Virus record (IMG/VR): IMGVR_UViG_3300027730_000005 | Length of the DNA: 64,000 bases | Reading direction: 5' to 3' (one strand) | Source of the DNA: a virus | Lineage: Duplodnaviria; Caudoviricetes | Part shown: positions 1 to 10,006 of the stretch, piece by piece | Layout: each line of letters starts with the position of its first letter | Numbering within the stretch: the first letter of the stretch is position 1 | Notes under the pieces: generated by a model | Databases searched by the model: none | What the model saw: the letters and a program-made list of their open reading frames with translations, nothing else | Told to the model about the DNA's origin: nothing | Program-made: the position numbers and the translations under genes

Positions 1-103
1 CTGGTCAACTAAAAAAGTTGTGGTTTTTTACAACAAAAATGAAGTTTTTAGCTGAAAATTTGTCTTTTTGTTATTTTGCTGACAACTTTAGTTGTAATTG
101 GTG

Positions 104-520
104 CTATTGATATAACCAACCTAAGTTGAGTTTTTGGTGCATCCAGGTAAACACTGGCACTGAAAACTCTAACTGCCAAATCCCATTCCAGCCTAGATAG
201 TGTTGGCCGGGCAATTCGCTAGGTCCAGTTAAGTGTGCTGGGTAATCTGGCCTATACACTCCGGCCCACACAAATCGTGGATCAGTGATGCCAAAAAAAC
301 TCACGCTCACAATTTCTACGGCTGTGGTGGGATCAGAATCCAATTTATCAACATGATGCACTTTTATTACCGTTTGATCAGTTGCAATAAAATCAAACTC
401 AAAATCTTGAGTATGTGTTAACATTTGATCAACACTCTTACCGCCCGCAGTTATCACCACCCTTGGCCGATTTATCGGGCGCAATCTCAAACTCATTATG
501 ACCTGATAATCAATAGCCAT
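104..520 (-). CDS. hypothetical protein downstream of radical SAM gene
   Basis: ORF track 104..574; start moved to MAIDYQ (520), which overlaps the radical SAM stop; no recognisable motif. Confidence 0.6.
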   Translation of the reverse strand: MAIDYQVIMSLRLRPINRPRVVITAGGKSVDQMLTHTQDFEFDFIATDQTVIKVHHVDKLDSDPTTAVEIVSVSFFGITDPRFVWAGVYRPDYPAHLTGPSELPGQHYLGWNGIWQLEFSVPVFTWMHQKLNLGWLYQ

Positions 521-1799
521 GCTTATCCCAGACTGCTTCAAGTTCTGGGTACAATAATCTAGCATTGTAGCCATATAGTGAATCCCATTTACGGCAATGA
601 TCTACCATGTGTGCCAGCAAGGCATCTGCTTGTTCAGGTTGGGGTGTAGACAAAATGTTCATGCACATCTGCGCCTGCTCTTTCACAATCAATGCATGAT
701 TGTTCAGATCACTTGCATTGTAATCAACAGGCACTTTTATTTCTGCCAACTGATCTAGAAAGTGTTGATATTGATTGACATACTGTTTTTTTACATGATC
801 TGGCAACAACACTGCATTTAAAAATGCTGGGCGGGTAACTGACAAACTTTTGACTATGAGATTTTTTTCCAAGCAATGTTGCAATAGTCCAACAAAATAA
901 CCAATGGTTAACAAACTTATTGCAGGCCGCACTGTTAGTGTAATGTTATGATTGTTACAAAATGCTTGATAATTGTCAATATTTTTTAATACCTGTTGAG
1001 TGTCTGTGCCTTGGCGTTGATAAGCATTGTGCTCGTCTACCGTTTCTATGCTGACTTCAATTCCTACTCTCCTGAACAATTTTAATTTGTTTATCAACTG
1101 AGTATTAAACACTGTGCCATTGGTTACAAAACTTAAATTTAAATCCAGCCGATCATGCGCAATCATGTAGTCAACAAAATCTTCAAATCGTTTGGTTAGC
1201 AAAGTTTCGCCACCCATGAAATGTATGTTGTTTAGTTTGGGGATTGCAAGAAGTTGTTGCAGAAAGCTGTGCCAAACTTGTTCATCCTGAGTCCAGTCTG
1301 TACCAAGGTAAGGCCTAGAAGATTCAATGCCCCACTTTATCTGCTGACTGGCAATTTTACTTGATGCATTCGGACCGCACATTTTGCAAGCAAGATTGCA
1401 AAAGTTACCAAGGTCTATATGTATGTCAATTGGATGAGTATCAGTAATGCCAGATTGATTGAAATGTTTGAATCCTGGGCTTTGTACCACGCTCTGGACA
1501 AAGCTCTGTTTAAAAATTGCACTCTTTTGATTGCTCTTGATACGTCTGCTGTTACCACCAACTTGCTCTTCTCGATAACAAGTAGAGCATGCACTAACCG
1601 GATAATCTCCCAACACCTGCTGTCTAAATTGCTTGACCGGCTCACTATTAAACCAGTCTGATATGGTCATAGTGGCAATGTTGTAATTGCCAGAACTGTA
1701 TAACTTGTGTGATTCCTGGCAACAAATACCCAAGCTACCATCCCAATAGATGTGTAGCTCATACCACGGGGTATTACAAAAAATATTTTTATTGATCAC
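510..1799 (-). CDS. radical SAM protein with N-terminal Twitch/SPASM-like Cys cluster
   Basis: CNLACKMC (CxxxCxxC), FMGGETL, FVTNGT, SIETV; N-terminal CNTPW...GICC...CSTC. Confidence 0.9.
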   Translation of the reverse strand: MINKNIFCNTPWYELHIYWDGSLGICCQESHKLYSSGNYNIATMTISDWFNSEPVKQFRQQVLGDYPVSACSTCYREEQVGGNSRRIKSNQKSAIFKQSFVQSVVQSPGFKHFNQSGITDTHPIDIHIDLGNFCNLACKMCGPNASSKIASQQIKWGIESSRPYLGTDWTQDEQVWHSFLQQLLAIPKLNNIHFMGGETLLTKRFEDFVDYMIAHDRLDLNLSFVTNGTVFNTQLINKLKLFRRVGIEVSIETVDEHNAYQRQGTDTQQVLKNIDNYQAFCNNHNITLTVRPAISLLTIGYFVGLLQHCLEKNLIVKSLSVTRPAFLNAVLLPDHVKKQYVNQYQHFLDQLAEIKVPVDYNASDLNNHALIVKEQAQMCMNILSTPQPEQADALLAHMVDHCRKWDSLYGYNARLLYPELEAVWDKHGY

Positions 1800-2379
1800 G
1801 ATTGGCTAGAATTTTATCAGCTAATCCGTATGCCACAGCTTGATCAGCTGTCATAAAGAAGTCACGTTCCATGTCTGACTCTAGCTCAGCATAAGATTTT
1901 CCAGTATGCTTGACATAGATATCAGTTAATACTTTTTTCCAACGTAGCAATTCACGTGCCTGGATTTCTACATCAGTGGCTTGCCCTGAGGCTCCTCCCA
2001 ATGGCTGATGAATCATATGACGTGCATTAGGTAAGATATACCGTTTTCCTGGTGCGCCAGCTGTTGCCAGCAATGATCCCATACTTGCTCCTTGCCCCAT
2101 CACAATAGTTGCAACATCAGGTTTGATAAACTGCATGGTGTCATAGATGGCCATGCCTGCGGTTACACTTCCGCCTGGTGAATTGATATACAAGCTGATT
2201 TCTTTGTCTGGATTGTCTGCTTCAAGAAATAACAACTGGGCACAGATCAAGCTGGAACTGTGTCCGTTGACTTCGCCGTCCAGCATGACCACACGATCAC
2301 GTAACAGTCGACTGTAGATATCATAACTGCGTTCGCCTTTGGAGGTTTGCTCGAGAACTATGGGTACTAGACTTGACAT
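1789..2379 (-). CDS. clpP: ATP-dependent Clp protease proteolytic subunit
   Basis: [42 protein letters not shown] (Ser), MIHQP (His), MERDFFM (Asp). Confidence 0.97.
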   Translation of the reverse strand: MSSLVPIVLEQTSKGERSYDIYSRLLRDRVVMLDGEVNGHSSSLICAQLLFLEADNPDKEISLYINSPGGSVTAGMAIYDTMQFIKPDVATIVMGQGASMGSLLATAGAPGKRYILPNARHMIHQPLGGASGQATDVEIQARELLRWKKVLTDIYVKHTGKSYAELESDMERDFFMTADQAVAYGLADKILANRDQ

Positions 2380-3359
2380 GGTATTCCTTGTTTGATTTTT
2401 ATCCACTGACCTTGTACATAATCAGTGAAGTGATGTTTATTGTATAGGATTTTTTCCTGCAAAGCAAGATATTTGGCTTGCCAATATTTAGGAGTTTGCT
2501 CACATAACACTGCTAAAAAGTTTGCAATGTTATCCGGATTTGTTAAATCCAACTGTGTGATGTCTGTGAAATCTTGAATGTAAGATTCAAATCCACGGTC
2601 TTGTAACCATTGAGTACCACCATCAGGATCGTATACCAAGAATGGTCTACATCCTACTATGGGTTTGTAAATCTTTTCACTCACAAATCCTGAACGATTT
2701 ATGTCGTATATAGTTTCGGTAACAATGTTGACCAAATGCCGTTGCCAATTTTTAATATGTCCCAGACTCGCAATGTCATTGGGCGGCCCGTAGTGTTCTC
2801 GTCCTGGGTTAGGTGCTAACGTATCTGGTTCTCGATCAGTATCAAGTAGAATCTCTGCTTGACCGTTGACTCCTCCCATGCTTACTATTCCATGTTTGAC
2901 AATATCCATTGATTCCAACTGTTTGTACAGTTTGCGCCTGTGCAAATGTGGTTTGCGATTCAAACACATATAGGCTGTGTTGATTTGAGTTGCGTCTAGT
3001 AATATGTCTTGGGCAGGTGGATTTAAATAATGTTCTACAAACAATGCACAGAAATCCACAGCATGTTTGCCTGGATAGTACCCCACTGTTAAAATCTCAC
3101 AGTCAAACTCATTGTACCATGATTGTTGTGGTATAGCTTGATCCAGCATAGCTACCAGTATAATTCTATCTACTGGATTAGATTTCAGCCAAGCCAACAC
3201 TTGCTGATGATACTCATTGGTGTACCACACTGAGTTTATAACCACAGTTTGACTCAAGTCTATTGCAATATGTTGTAACAAACTATCAACTATACTTTGT
3301 TCAAATTGTTTAAGAGGCAAATGATTACCCCACCCATTGTCAAATTTTTGTATAATCAT
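2367..3359 (-). CDS. putative glycosyltransferase-like protein (GT10-like SEK motif)
   Basis: [12 protein letters not shown] and VNIVTET...[19 protein letters not shown], shared with two paralogues in the window. Confidence 0.5.
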   Translation of the reverse strand: MIIQKFDNGWGNHLPLKQFEQSIVDSLLQHIAIDLSQTVVINSVWYTNEYHQQVLAWLKSNPVDRIILVAMLDQAIPQQSWYNEFDCEILTVGYYPGKHAVDFCALFVEHYLNPPAQDILLDATQINTAYMCLNRKPHLHRRKLYKQLESMDIVKHGIVSMGGVNGQAEILLDTDREPDTLAPNPGREHYGPPNDIASLGHIKNWQRHLVNIVTETIYDINRSGFVSEKIYKPIVGCRPFLVYDPDGGTQWLQDRGFESYIQDFTDITQLDLTNPDNIANFLAVLCEQTPKYWQAKYLALQEKILYNKHHFTDYVQGQWIKIKQGIPCQV

Positions 3360-4377
3360 GTGTTGTTAAATTAATTTGATGATTGCAAATTTTTGAAAGA
3401 TGTTGTCTATTGTGCATGGCAATTTTGTGGGCCTGTGTTAAAACTTCAAGTTGGTCACTACGGCTGCATTCTAATAGTCTATTCATGCTTTTACGCATGA
3501 GTTCCCAACGTGCTGGACCTTGATATAGGTCATAACTTTCGTCCCAAATTTCACTGTAGGTACGGAATCCTAAACTGCGTAATCTTGCAAGATAATATTG
3601 TGGCCCGTACACCAGGATGGGTTTAGCAGCCATGAGTGGACGGATGGTTTTTTCTGTGGGAAAAAAAGTATTGCCTTGCGTAAAAGTTTCACATACAATC
3701 TCAACAGCAAACCGATTGTAATATTGTAACAGACTGGTATTGGTATCTACCCAGCCCATTGGATTGCTAAATTGATCTCTTACTGATTTAGAGTCAACAC
3801 TGGTTATATGATTTCCGTTAAACCAATCAAACAAGTCCACTTGTTTATGCAACGGGAACCAGCTAGATATGATCTCAAGATTATGCTGATGCTGATCTGG
3901 GACTCTCCATGGAAATTCTTGCATAAGGCTGGCAAAAATTTGTCCGCTAATAGAACCTGTGCCAGCCCGCATTAAATTATAAAGTATTGCAGCACGACTC
4001 ATGGTCAACCGCCCAATGAATATACCAAATGGTTGTTGATATTGTAATTGTTGTTCTAGTGTAGGTTCGGTGTGTTGCCAATACTCACGCACCATGGTAA
4101 AAAAATGACTTATCTTGCTGCATCTAACACGCTGATATGGCACAAATTCAACAGGATTGCACCATCTCAGTATCTGTACAGTGTACGGTGATTGTTGCCT
4201 ATTTTTGAGCCAATCATTTACTACTGCGGTAACACCAAACAATTCCAAGCTAGGACCTTCGCTATGCAGGTCTAATACCAAAGGTTCTCCTTGCGGATGT
4301 TGATTCAATTGCTGTTGAAATTGCACTGGATTGGTCCACCAATCACCAATGAATTCCACTGATATGGGTTTTGTCAT
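3340..4377 (-). CDS. putative glycosyltransferase-like protein (GT10-like TEK motif)
   Basis: FIGRLTMSR and EIVCETF...FFPTEKTIRPLMAAKPILVYG...LRSLGFRTY. Confidence 0.5.
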   Translation of the reverse strand: MTKPISVEFIGDWWTNPVQFQQQLNQHPQGEPLVLDLHSEGPSLELFGVTAVVNDWLKNRQQSPYTVQILRWCNPVEFVPYQRVRCSKISHFFTMVREYWQHTEPTLEQQLQYQQPFGIFIGRLTMSRAAILYNLMRAGTGSISGQIFASLMQEFPWRVPDQHQHNLEIISSWFPLHKQVDLFDWFNGNHITSVDSKSVRDQFSNPMGWVDTNTSLLQYYNRFAVEIVCETFTQGNTFFPTEKTIRPLMAAKPILVYGPQYYLARLRSLGFRTYSEIWDESYDLYQGPARWELMRKSMNRLLECSRSDQLEVLTQAHKIAMHNRQHLSKICNHQINLTTHDYTKI

Positions 4378-4406
4378 CTTAATACTTATGTTCCACTAAA
4401 TACCAC

Positions 4407-6002
4407 ATGAGATATTTACTAGACCGATTAGACAGATTAGTATTACCACTTGCCGAAGGTGTGGGCCTGGCCAATCGTAAACCTGGCGAAAAATTCAAAA
4501 ATTCTGTAGGTGACATTATTACCTTCCAAAACTTAGAATTTTATCCTACCTCGGGACGATTCAACACTCCTGACGAATTGCAAGCCGGTGTAGATGCCAT
4601 GTTGGCAGATAAACAAGTTCCAGCTACTCAAATACATTGGGTCAATCAACCAACCAAAAGTGCAGGTGCATTCAGTATTGCTACTTTCGCTGGTGAAGAT
4701 GGTACTCCTTACTACCTAGGCCGATGGGCTGGTGCAACTAGTGCAAATCGTACACAAAACAAATTTGCACACGACGACATTCCTGGTGGTTTTAAATATC
4801 AAAGCCGCGCAGGACAAAAAGAAAACTCTGGACTCAAACCCAGCGAATGGTTGACACAGTTTCAGGACAATACTCCCGACTCTATACTGTCACAAGTTCA
4901 ACAACATTTTGGTGCTGATAGCGATGAAGCTAATGCACTTGAGATCTTTATCAACTCAGATATTCCATGTACAGTGCCGCGTGGCAATATGAATCCCGAT
5001 GCTTTCCGTGATTACTTTGCTGAAGTGCTACAACCTATTGCTCTAGTAACAGGCAAACGAGTAGGCGGCAATGCTGAAGAAGCTGCTGATATATTCTTTG
5101 GTGAAGGTGGTTACAGTGAATGTACCATCAGCTTCAACAGCAATACCATTGGCGGATTATACGACAGCTTGTTGGTCAATCCTGAAGGTAAACAAATCAA
5201 ACTCAGTAGCAAGGGCAAAGACGGCGCTTCGGCGTCGGTCACAAACTTGTTGAAATCTGTAAATGAACTATCAGTCACGCCCAAGGGTCAAAAACTATTG
5301 ACCACACACAAAGATGCCATAGAACTGTTAAACATCATCCAGCAGGACGGTCACTTTGGTGCACCGCTGACTCTGGGTGTAAAATATGGCATCATTACTC
5401 CTGAAGAAGCTGCACAAATTCCACAACTTAAGAAACTTGGACCAACTGACGATATCGTTGGTACAGGCATCCTGAGTCCTCACTTGGAAGAACTGTACAG
5501 TCGACGCAAAAGCAAAGATCCCAAACGTGTGATTCCCCTGGAGCATATGACCGCCAGTATTGCTTACAATGTGGCCAACTACGTGAACAAAAATACTAAC
5601 TTTGGTAAAGCTGCTTCGGAGATCCTAAACAATGCAGCCTTGGTGCAGATGTACACTTATACTTCTCACACTGACCAAACTATCACCATCAGCAAGTCGG
5701 AAGCAAAATACCCTAGCGACACAGTGAATGGTGTATTGTTGGATGCCAGCAAAGTTTATTTTAGCACAGGCGGCAAAGGTAACTTTACTTTTACCATTCT
5801 CAAGAACGGTGCCACAGAGAAAGATGTTAATCCAATAGATGCTGTGGACAGTCTAGATGATCAACCACCTGCTGCTACCAGTGCAGCTGATCTAGATGCC
5901 GAAGCTGAGAAACCCAGATTGGCCGGTCCTGGAGCAAAAGCAGCCAGAACCAGTCGCGAACCCAGAATGGATCGTGCCACCCTGGGTCGCGAACTTCGTT
6001 AA
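4407..6002 (+). CDS. hypothetical 531-aa protein, probably late/virion; possible restriction-endonuclease-like fold
   Basis: Long ORF preceded by TAAATA-CCAC-ATG; weak E...D...(K)LSSK pattern (AEVLQP...LYDSLL...IKLSSKG). Confidence 0.6.
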   Translation: MRYLLDRLDRLVLPLAEGVGLANRKPGEKFKNSVGDIITFQNLEFYPTSGRFNTPDELQAGVDAMLADKQVPATQIHWVNQPTKSAGAFSIATFAGEDGTPYYLGRWAGATSANRTQNKFAHDDIPGGFKYQSRAGQKENSGLKPSEWLTQFQDNTPDSILSQVQQHFGADSDEANALEIFINSDIPCTVPRGNMNPDAFRDYFAEVLQPIALVTGKRVGGNAEEAADIFFGEGGYSECTISFNSNTIGGLYDSLLVNPEGKQIKLSSKGKDGASASVTNLLKSVNELSVTPKGQKLLTTHKDAIELLNIIQQDGHFGAPLTLGVKYGIITPEEAAQIPQLKKLGPTDDIVGTGILSPHLEELYSRRKSKDPKRVIPLEHMTASIAYNVANYVNKNTNFGKAASEILNNAALVQMYTYTSHTDQTITISKSEAKYPSDTVNGVLLDASKVYFSTGGKGNFTFTILKNGATEKDVNPIDAVDSLDDQPPAATSAADLDAEAEKPRLAGPGAKAARTSREPRMDRATLGRELR

Positions 6003-6577
6003 CGTTGAAATTCAGATATTGAATCGCAGATGTTTAGTTTCAATGCATCATGGGCATCTAGCCAAACATCGTGTGGCGGCAATAGTTTGGATTTAATCAC
6101 TGCGTCAGTTAGCCCTGTACAATCTTTGTAGTGCTGAATCATGCGTTTTTGCGTGAGCTCAAATTCACGTATGGTTGCAAACAATTCGTGTGCTTTGCCG
6201 TCACTGCCCCAACTGAACTGATGACTTAAGATACTGGTGTTAGGTGTGAGTGTGCGTCGTCCCGGTGTTCCTGCTAGAAATATCAACAATCCAGCTGATG
6301 CAATCTGTCCCAATCCTACTGTTTTTATACTCAACTTGGAACTACGCATGACGTCGATCAGTGCAAAGGCTGAGCTCATGTCACCGCCTTCACTGCAAAT
6401 ACTTAAAACTAGTTCTTTACGTCTCTGGGTTCTTACAAAGTTTTCATGCAGTATCCATTCAATCGCTGGCTTTACAGTATCAGTGTCAATTGGCCCCATC
6501 AACACAAATATGCCAGCGGCATGCAAGTGTTGTGAGTGCGTCCAAGTGCTGGTATCCGTTGTTGCCGTTGTTGCCAT
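5999..6577 (-). CDS. clpP: second, divergent ClpP-family protease subunit
   Basis: LSICSEGGD, GLGQIASAG (Ser), ILSHQ (His), HDVWLDAHDAL (Asp). Confidence 0.85.
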   Translation of the reverse strand: MATTATTDTSTWTHSQHLHAAGIFVLMGPIDTDTVKPAIEWILHENFVRTQRRKELVLSICSEGGDMSSAFALIDVMRSSKLSIKTVGLGQIASAGLLIFLAGTPGRRTLTPNTSILSHQFSWGSDGKAHELFATIREFELTQKRMIQHYKDCTGLTDAVIKSKLLPPHDVWLDAHDALKLNICDSISEFQR

Positions 6578-6586
6578 ATCACATAC

Positions 6587-6733
6587 TTATTTGATAGTAA
6601 GCTGATCAAGATATTCACGTAGAATATTTTCAATCAACTGATTCAAAGTAATATCTTGTTCATGTGCCCGCAGCATTAGCTGATACAACAGTTCTTCTTC
6701 AATTTCAATTTCAATGTTTTCACGTTTGCTCAT
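6587..6733 (-). CDS. small ribbon-helix-helix-like DNA-binding protein
   Basis: IEIEIEEELLYQLMLRAHEQDITLNQLIENILREYL beta-alpha-alpha pattern; GGAGG SD before MSKRE start. Confidence 0.6.
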   Translation of the reverse strand: MSKRENIEIEIEEELLYQLMLRAHEQDITLNQLIENILREYLDQLTIK

Positions 6734-6734
6734 A

Positions 6735-6953
6735 TTAACCTCCAAAATATTTAATGACCACATCCAAGGCTGCAATAGTTTGAGTATTGCCGACCACATC
6801 TTCAGGATGTAGCCAATAGCCGTCGGGATTAGTATCAGACCTGGGATTCTTTTTCCATTGTGCTAGTTCTTTTTTAAGATACGCACGGCAGTCTTTGAGA
6901 TTGCACAGTGTAATACCGTCAGCAACTTCTGCATCTAATTCAATTTTTTTCAT
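6735..6953 (-). CDS. hypothetical phage protein
   Basis: 72-aa ORF tightly packed in the operon. Confidence 0.6.
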   Translation of the reverse strand: MKKIELDAEVADGITLCNLKDCRAYLKKELAQWKKNPRSDTNPDGYWLHPEDVVGNTQTIAALDVVIKYFGG

Positions 6954-7171
6954 TATTCGACTCCGAAATGTTCTCTAATCAAATTGTATGCTTGACCACG
7001 GCTAACCATATCACGCAACATAGGACTTAGTGCTACACTACATTCCCGCACAATCAACTCGGCAAACTTTTCTCTATCAAATTTGGCATAACTGCTGGCA
7101 TAACCTTGTGGACCTACCATTTCTACAATCGATGTAGCCTGTTCAGCAAGTTCTCGAATTCGTTCGTTCAT
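6953..7171 (-). CDS. small phage protein, MNERIREL...EKFAELIVRE family
   Basis: Paralogous to 7282..7482. Confidence 0.65.
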   Translation of the reverse strand: MNERIRELAEQATSIVEMVGPQGYASSYAKFDREKFAELIVRECSVALSPMLRDMVSRGQAYNLIREHFGVE

Positions 7172-7278
7172 TACATATAATCCTGAGGGTGTTCATCTTT
7201 TGACTGTGTGTCTAAGTATTGAAAGAATTTTACAAGACCATAAACACCAACCACAAACCAAAATAATTCAACAATCAT
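7171..7278 (-). CDS. 35-aa predicted membrane peptide (MIVELFWFVVGVYGLVKFFQYLDTQSKDEHPQDYM)
   Basis: Translated by hand; AAGGAG SD upstream; TAATG overlap with next gene; hydrophobic N-terminus. Confidence 0.55.
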   Translation of the reverse strand: MIVELFWFVVGVYGLVKFFQYLDTQSKDEHPQDYM

Positions 7279-7281
7279 ACT

Positions 7282-7482
7282 TTACTCCTTGAAGTGTTCT
7301 ATCACTGCATCAGCAACATCAAGGTAAGTGTTTTGCGGTAGATTGTTGGCCACAACCTGCATGGTTTCCCGAACAATCAACTCGGCGAATTTTTCTTTGT
7401 CAAAAGTTTCAAACCCGCCAACGCATTCAGAAAAGTGACGATCAGTACATTCTTCAATAAGTTCTCGAATTCGTTCGTTCAT
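7282..7482 (-). CDS. small phage protein, MNERIREL...EKFAELIVRE family
   Basis: Paralogous to 6953..7171. Confidence 0.65.
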   Translation of the reverse strand: MNERIRELIEECTDRHFSECVGGFETFDKEKFAELIVRETMQVVANNLPQNTYLDVADAVIEHFKE

Positions 7483-7706
7483 TTTGGTTCGTCCAAAGGA
7501 TGCATCACCCCTGGTGATCGTTGGGTGTAAAATTTTTCATCAGGTACTGCAATCACCATAACTTCATCTATAGTATTGCAATATGGGTCCAATGGGTTTG
7601 CGTATTTTACAATAGCACATTGAGTTTCTTGCCCTTGCTCAAATCGATCCAGCTTGCTCAGCAAGGTCAATAGATTGCGCCGAGATAGATAAATTCGTTC
7701 GTTCAT
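7479..7706 (-). CDS. hypothetical phage protein
   Basis: 75-aa ORF with the same MNERI start; ATGA overlaps. Confidence 0.6.
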   Translation of the reverse strand: MNERIYLSRRNLLTLLSKLDRFEQGQETQCAIVKYANPLDPYCNTIDEVMVIAVPDEKFYTQRSPGVMHPLDEPK

Positions 7707-7858
7707 TCTTCAGACCCTTTTTTCACATGTTTAGCACGACGACGATACTGCACCCGACTCTGCTCTGCACGATGACGAAATGGAGTGTCACGAGAGTACA
7801 GTTCCACAGCACGACGGCGCTGTCGAGGTAGTTCAATTTGAAAGCTCAAGGTACGCAT
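7703..7858 (-). CDS. Arg-rich small protein, weakly ArfA-like
   Basis: PFRHRAE...YRRRAKH resembles ArfA LFRQRVE...YMRKGKH; GGAG SD; early promoter directly upstream. Confidence 0.4.
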   Translation of the reverse strand: MRTLSFQIELPRQRRRAVELYSRDTPFRHRAEQSRVQYRRRAKHVKKGSEE

Positions 7859-7891
7859 TCGTATCTCCGTAAAAAATCCGGTATATGCTGT

Positions 7892-7920
7892 ATTATAGCA
7901 CACCCCGGATTAGTGGTCAA
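7892..7920 (-). promoter_or_regulatory. sigma70-type early promoter TTGACC-N17-TATAAT
   Basis: Read directly on the minus strand; same architecture at five other sites. Confidence 0.8.
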
Positions 7921-7939
7921 CTGCTTTTACGCAATCAGT

Positions 7940-8215
7940 TTAGGTATTTTTCTGCGTGTTCTGATATGCTTTCATGATACCTTCGCCAAACTTAGTATAG
8001 TCAAATTTGGAACCTGCTTGAGCCAATTTGATTGATTCCTGCATGATGGTAGTGGATGCATCTGTAGAGGCTTTGAAAGCCTTTTTGGTATAATCAGCTT
8101 GTGTGTCAATGAATTGATTCATTGACTCAGCAATGGTGCTGTTGGTGACAAAAGTCTTAACGAATTGTTTTTTACCATTTTGAATGGTGTCGATCATGGC
8201 GTCTGCTGTAAACAT
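7940..8215 (-). CDS. small helical protein, possibly phasin-like
   Basis: 91 aa, amphipathic A/Q/T/K-rich helices; strong SD; TGC-N4-GCA element upstream. Confidence 0.4.
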   Translation of the reverse strand: MFTADAMIDTIQNGKKQFVKTFVTNSTIAESMNQFIDTQADYTKKAFKASTDASTTIMQESIKLAQAGSKFDYTKFGEGIMKAYQNTQKNT

Positions 8216-8274
8216 ATGTTTCTCCTAATTTAAGCAAGTAGATTATAGAACCCGCCCTATGCAGCATCCTATAC
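8216..8274 (-). promoter_or_regulatory. ROSE-like RNA thermometer 5' UTR
   Basis: UACUUGCU-UAAAUU-AGGAG hairpin occluding the SD, preceded by a UAUAGGA/UUCUAUA stem. Confidence 0.45.
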
Positions 8275-8381
8275 ACTATTATATATGATAAAATGCTGCG
8301 ACCGCACATTTTTAGGCAAAATTCAGAAGAAAAATACGCAGGTATATGTAGTCACTAATAAATAAAACATAGGAGACAATC

Positions 8382-8699
8382 ATGTTCAAGAAAATCGTAG
8401 AATTCTTTACTGGAAAGAAAACCGAAAGCAACTTTGCTCATCCCCTGGATGCAGTTACCGCCCCCAATGTGCCACAAGCACCATACAAGGTTCCTGAACC
8501 TGTTGCCACAAAACCAATTCCGGTTGTTGAGCAGCCTACTACTGTTGAAAAAGTTGTAGCAGAGCCAGCTCAGACTGAAAAGAAACCTGCGGTGAAGAAA
8601 CCTGCTGCGACGAAGCCTGTTGTGAAGAAACCTGCGGTGAAGAAGCCCGCTGTGAAGAAGCCAGCTGCGCCTCGCAAGCCTCGCACCCCCAAACAATAA
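8382..8699 (+). CDS. Lys/Pro/Ala-rich histone H1-like protein
   Basis: C-terminal KKPAV/KKPAA repeats; AGGAG SD. Confidence 0.65.
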   Translation: MFKKIVEFFTGKKTESNFAHPLDAVTAPNVPQAPYKVPEPVATKPIPVVEQPTTVEKVVAEPAQTEKKPAVKKPAATKPVVKKPAVKKPAVKKPAAPRKPRTPKQ

Positions 8700-8753
8700 T
8701 CTTACACTATATCATAGATCCAGTCCCATGTAAATACTACGTGGGGGGGTTCT

Positions 8754-9194
8754 ATGAAAATAAAAATAATAACAATAGCCTTGCTTGTAGTAACAATACA
8801 GGTCAGGGCTGCCGAACTGGTACATCAGTTCAATTCATCTGCATTCAACGGTGTTGGATACAGCAGTCATGTTCTCACAATTGAACAACTAGAATCACAA
8901 CGTCGAAAAGCCTTGGCCGATGCTGCCAAATCCGCTGCTGACCAAGCCATTAGAGATGCCAAGAATACCAATCTGGCCAAATTCTTAGTCAATGTTGAAA
9001 GTCGTATCTATGCCCAACTCTCAAAACAGTTAGCCGATGCTATGTTTTCTGAAGGCGGTGAATCTGGCCAACTGAATTTTCAAGGTACCAACATCTCCTG
9101 GCTGAAAACTGCCACCGAAGTCACACTAACCATTATGGAAAATTCAGGCAATCGCACTGAAATCACTGTACCCATCGGGAGTTTTGCATTTTGA
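8754..9194 (+). CDS. csgF: curli assembly/transport component CsgF-like
   Basis: Signal peptide then ELVHQFNSSAFNG; LAKFLVNVESRIYAQLS; C-terminal TEITVP; immediately upstream of csgG. Confidence 0.8.
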   Translation: MKIKIITIALLVVTIQVRAAELVHQFNSSAFNGVGYSSHVLTIEQLESQRRKALADAAKSAADQAIRDAKNTNLAKFLVNVESRIYAQLSKQLADAMFSEGGESGQLNFQGTNISWLKTATEVTLTIMENSGNRTEITVPIGSFAF

Positions 9195-10006
9195 TCCGAA
9201 CTGTGCTATCACTGTTGTTGGCTACTGTACTCACTGGTTGTGCCGCAGTGCTGTGGGACACTGAACGTGAAGAGCCTCGTGTGATCCCCAGGGTAAGGCT
9301 GTTGGATTCTATACCTGCATTGGATGGCCCTCCTATGCCTATTGCTGTGTATGGATTTTTAGACAAAACTGGTCAAATGAAATCCAATGATCGACTAGCC
9401 CTATTTTCCAAAGCAGTAACCCAAGGTGCCGAAGTGTTTCTGATCAAGGCTCTGCAAGACACAGGCCGTTGGTTTACTGTAGTGGAACGAGTGGGGTTAG
9501 ACAATCTCATCAAAGAACGCCAACTCATACGTAATCAACGCGAAGTGTATGAAGGCAAAGATGCCAAACCCTTGCGGCCCATGCTGGTGGCTGGTATTAT
9601 GATTGAAGGTGGCATTGTGGGTTACGATACCAATTTACGTTCAGGTGGCGCCGGAGCCAGAATCATGGGAATTGGCAATTCCGTGCAATATCGAGTGGAC
9701 GAAGTGGTTGTGGCCTTGAGGTTTGTGTCGGTGCATACAGGCGAAGTGTTAATCAATACTGCTGTGAGTAAGACCATTTACAGCACTGCTCAAAATGCAG
9801 GCATGCTGAGGTTTGTGGATGTGGGCACACGAGCTGTGGAATTAGAAGCTGGTGCTGCACTCAACGAACCTACAACCTACGCTGTTCGAGTGGCTATTGA
9901 ACAGGCTGTGTATGAAACTATCATCACAGGTGAACGTCGAGGACTATGGCGTTTTAAAACTACAATGAGCGTGTCTGGGGAAAACTCGGGCATAGATAAA
10001 AAATGA
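9191..10006 (+). CDS. csgG: curli secretion channel CsgG/HfaB-family lipoprotein
   Basis: Lipobox LTGC; IAVYGFLDKTGQ, FSKAVTQGA, WFTVVERVGLDNLIKERQLIR, EGGIVGYDTN. Confidence 0.93.
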   Translation: MIRTVLSLLLATVLTGCAAVLWDTEREEPRVIPRVRLLDSIPALDGPPMPIAVYGFLDKTGQMKSNDRLALFSKAVTQGAEVFLIKALQDTGRWFTVVERVGLDNLIKERQLIRNQREVYEGKDAKPLRPMLVAGIMIEGGIVGYDTNLRSGGAGARIMGIGNSVQYRVDEVVVALRFVSVHTGEVLINTAVSKTIYSTAQNAGMLRFVDVGTRAVELEAGAALNEPTTYAVRVAIEQAVYETIITGERRGLWRFKTTMSVSGENSGIDKK

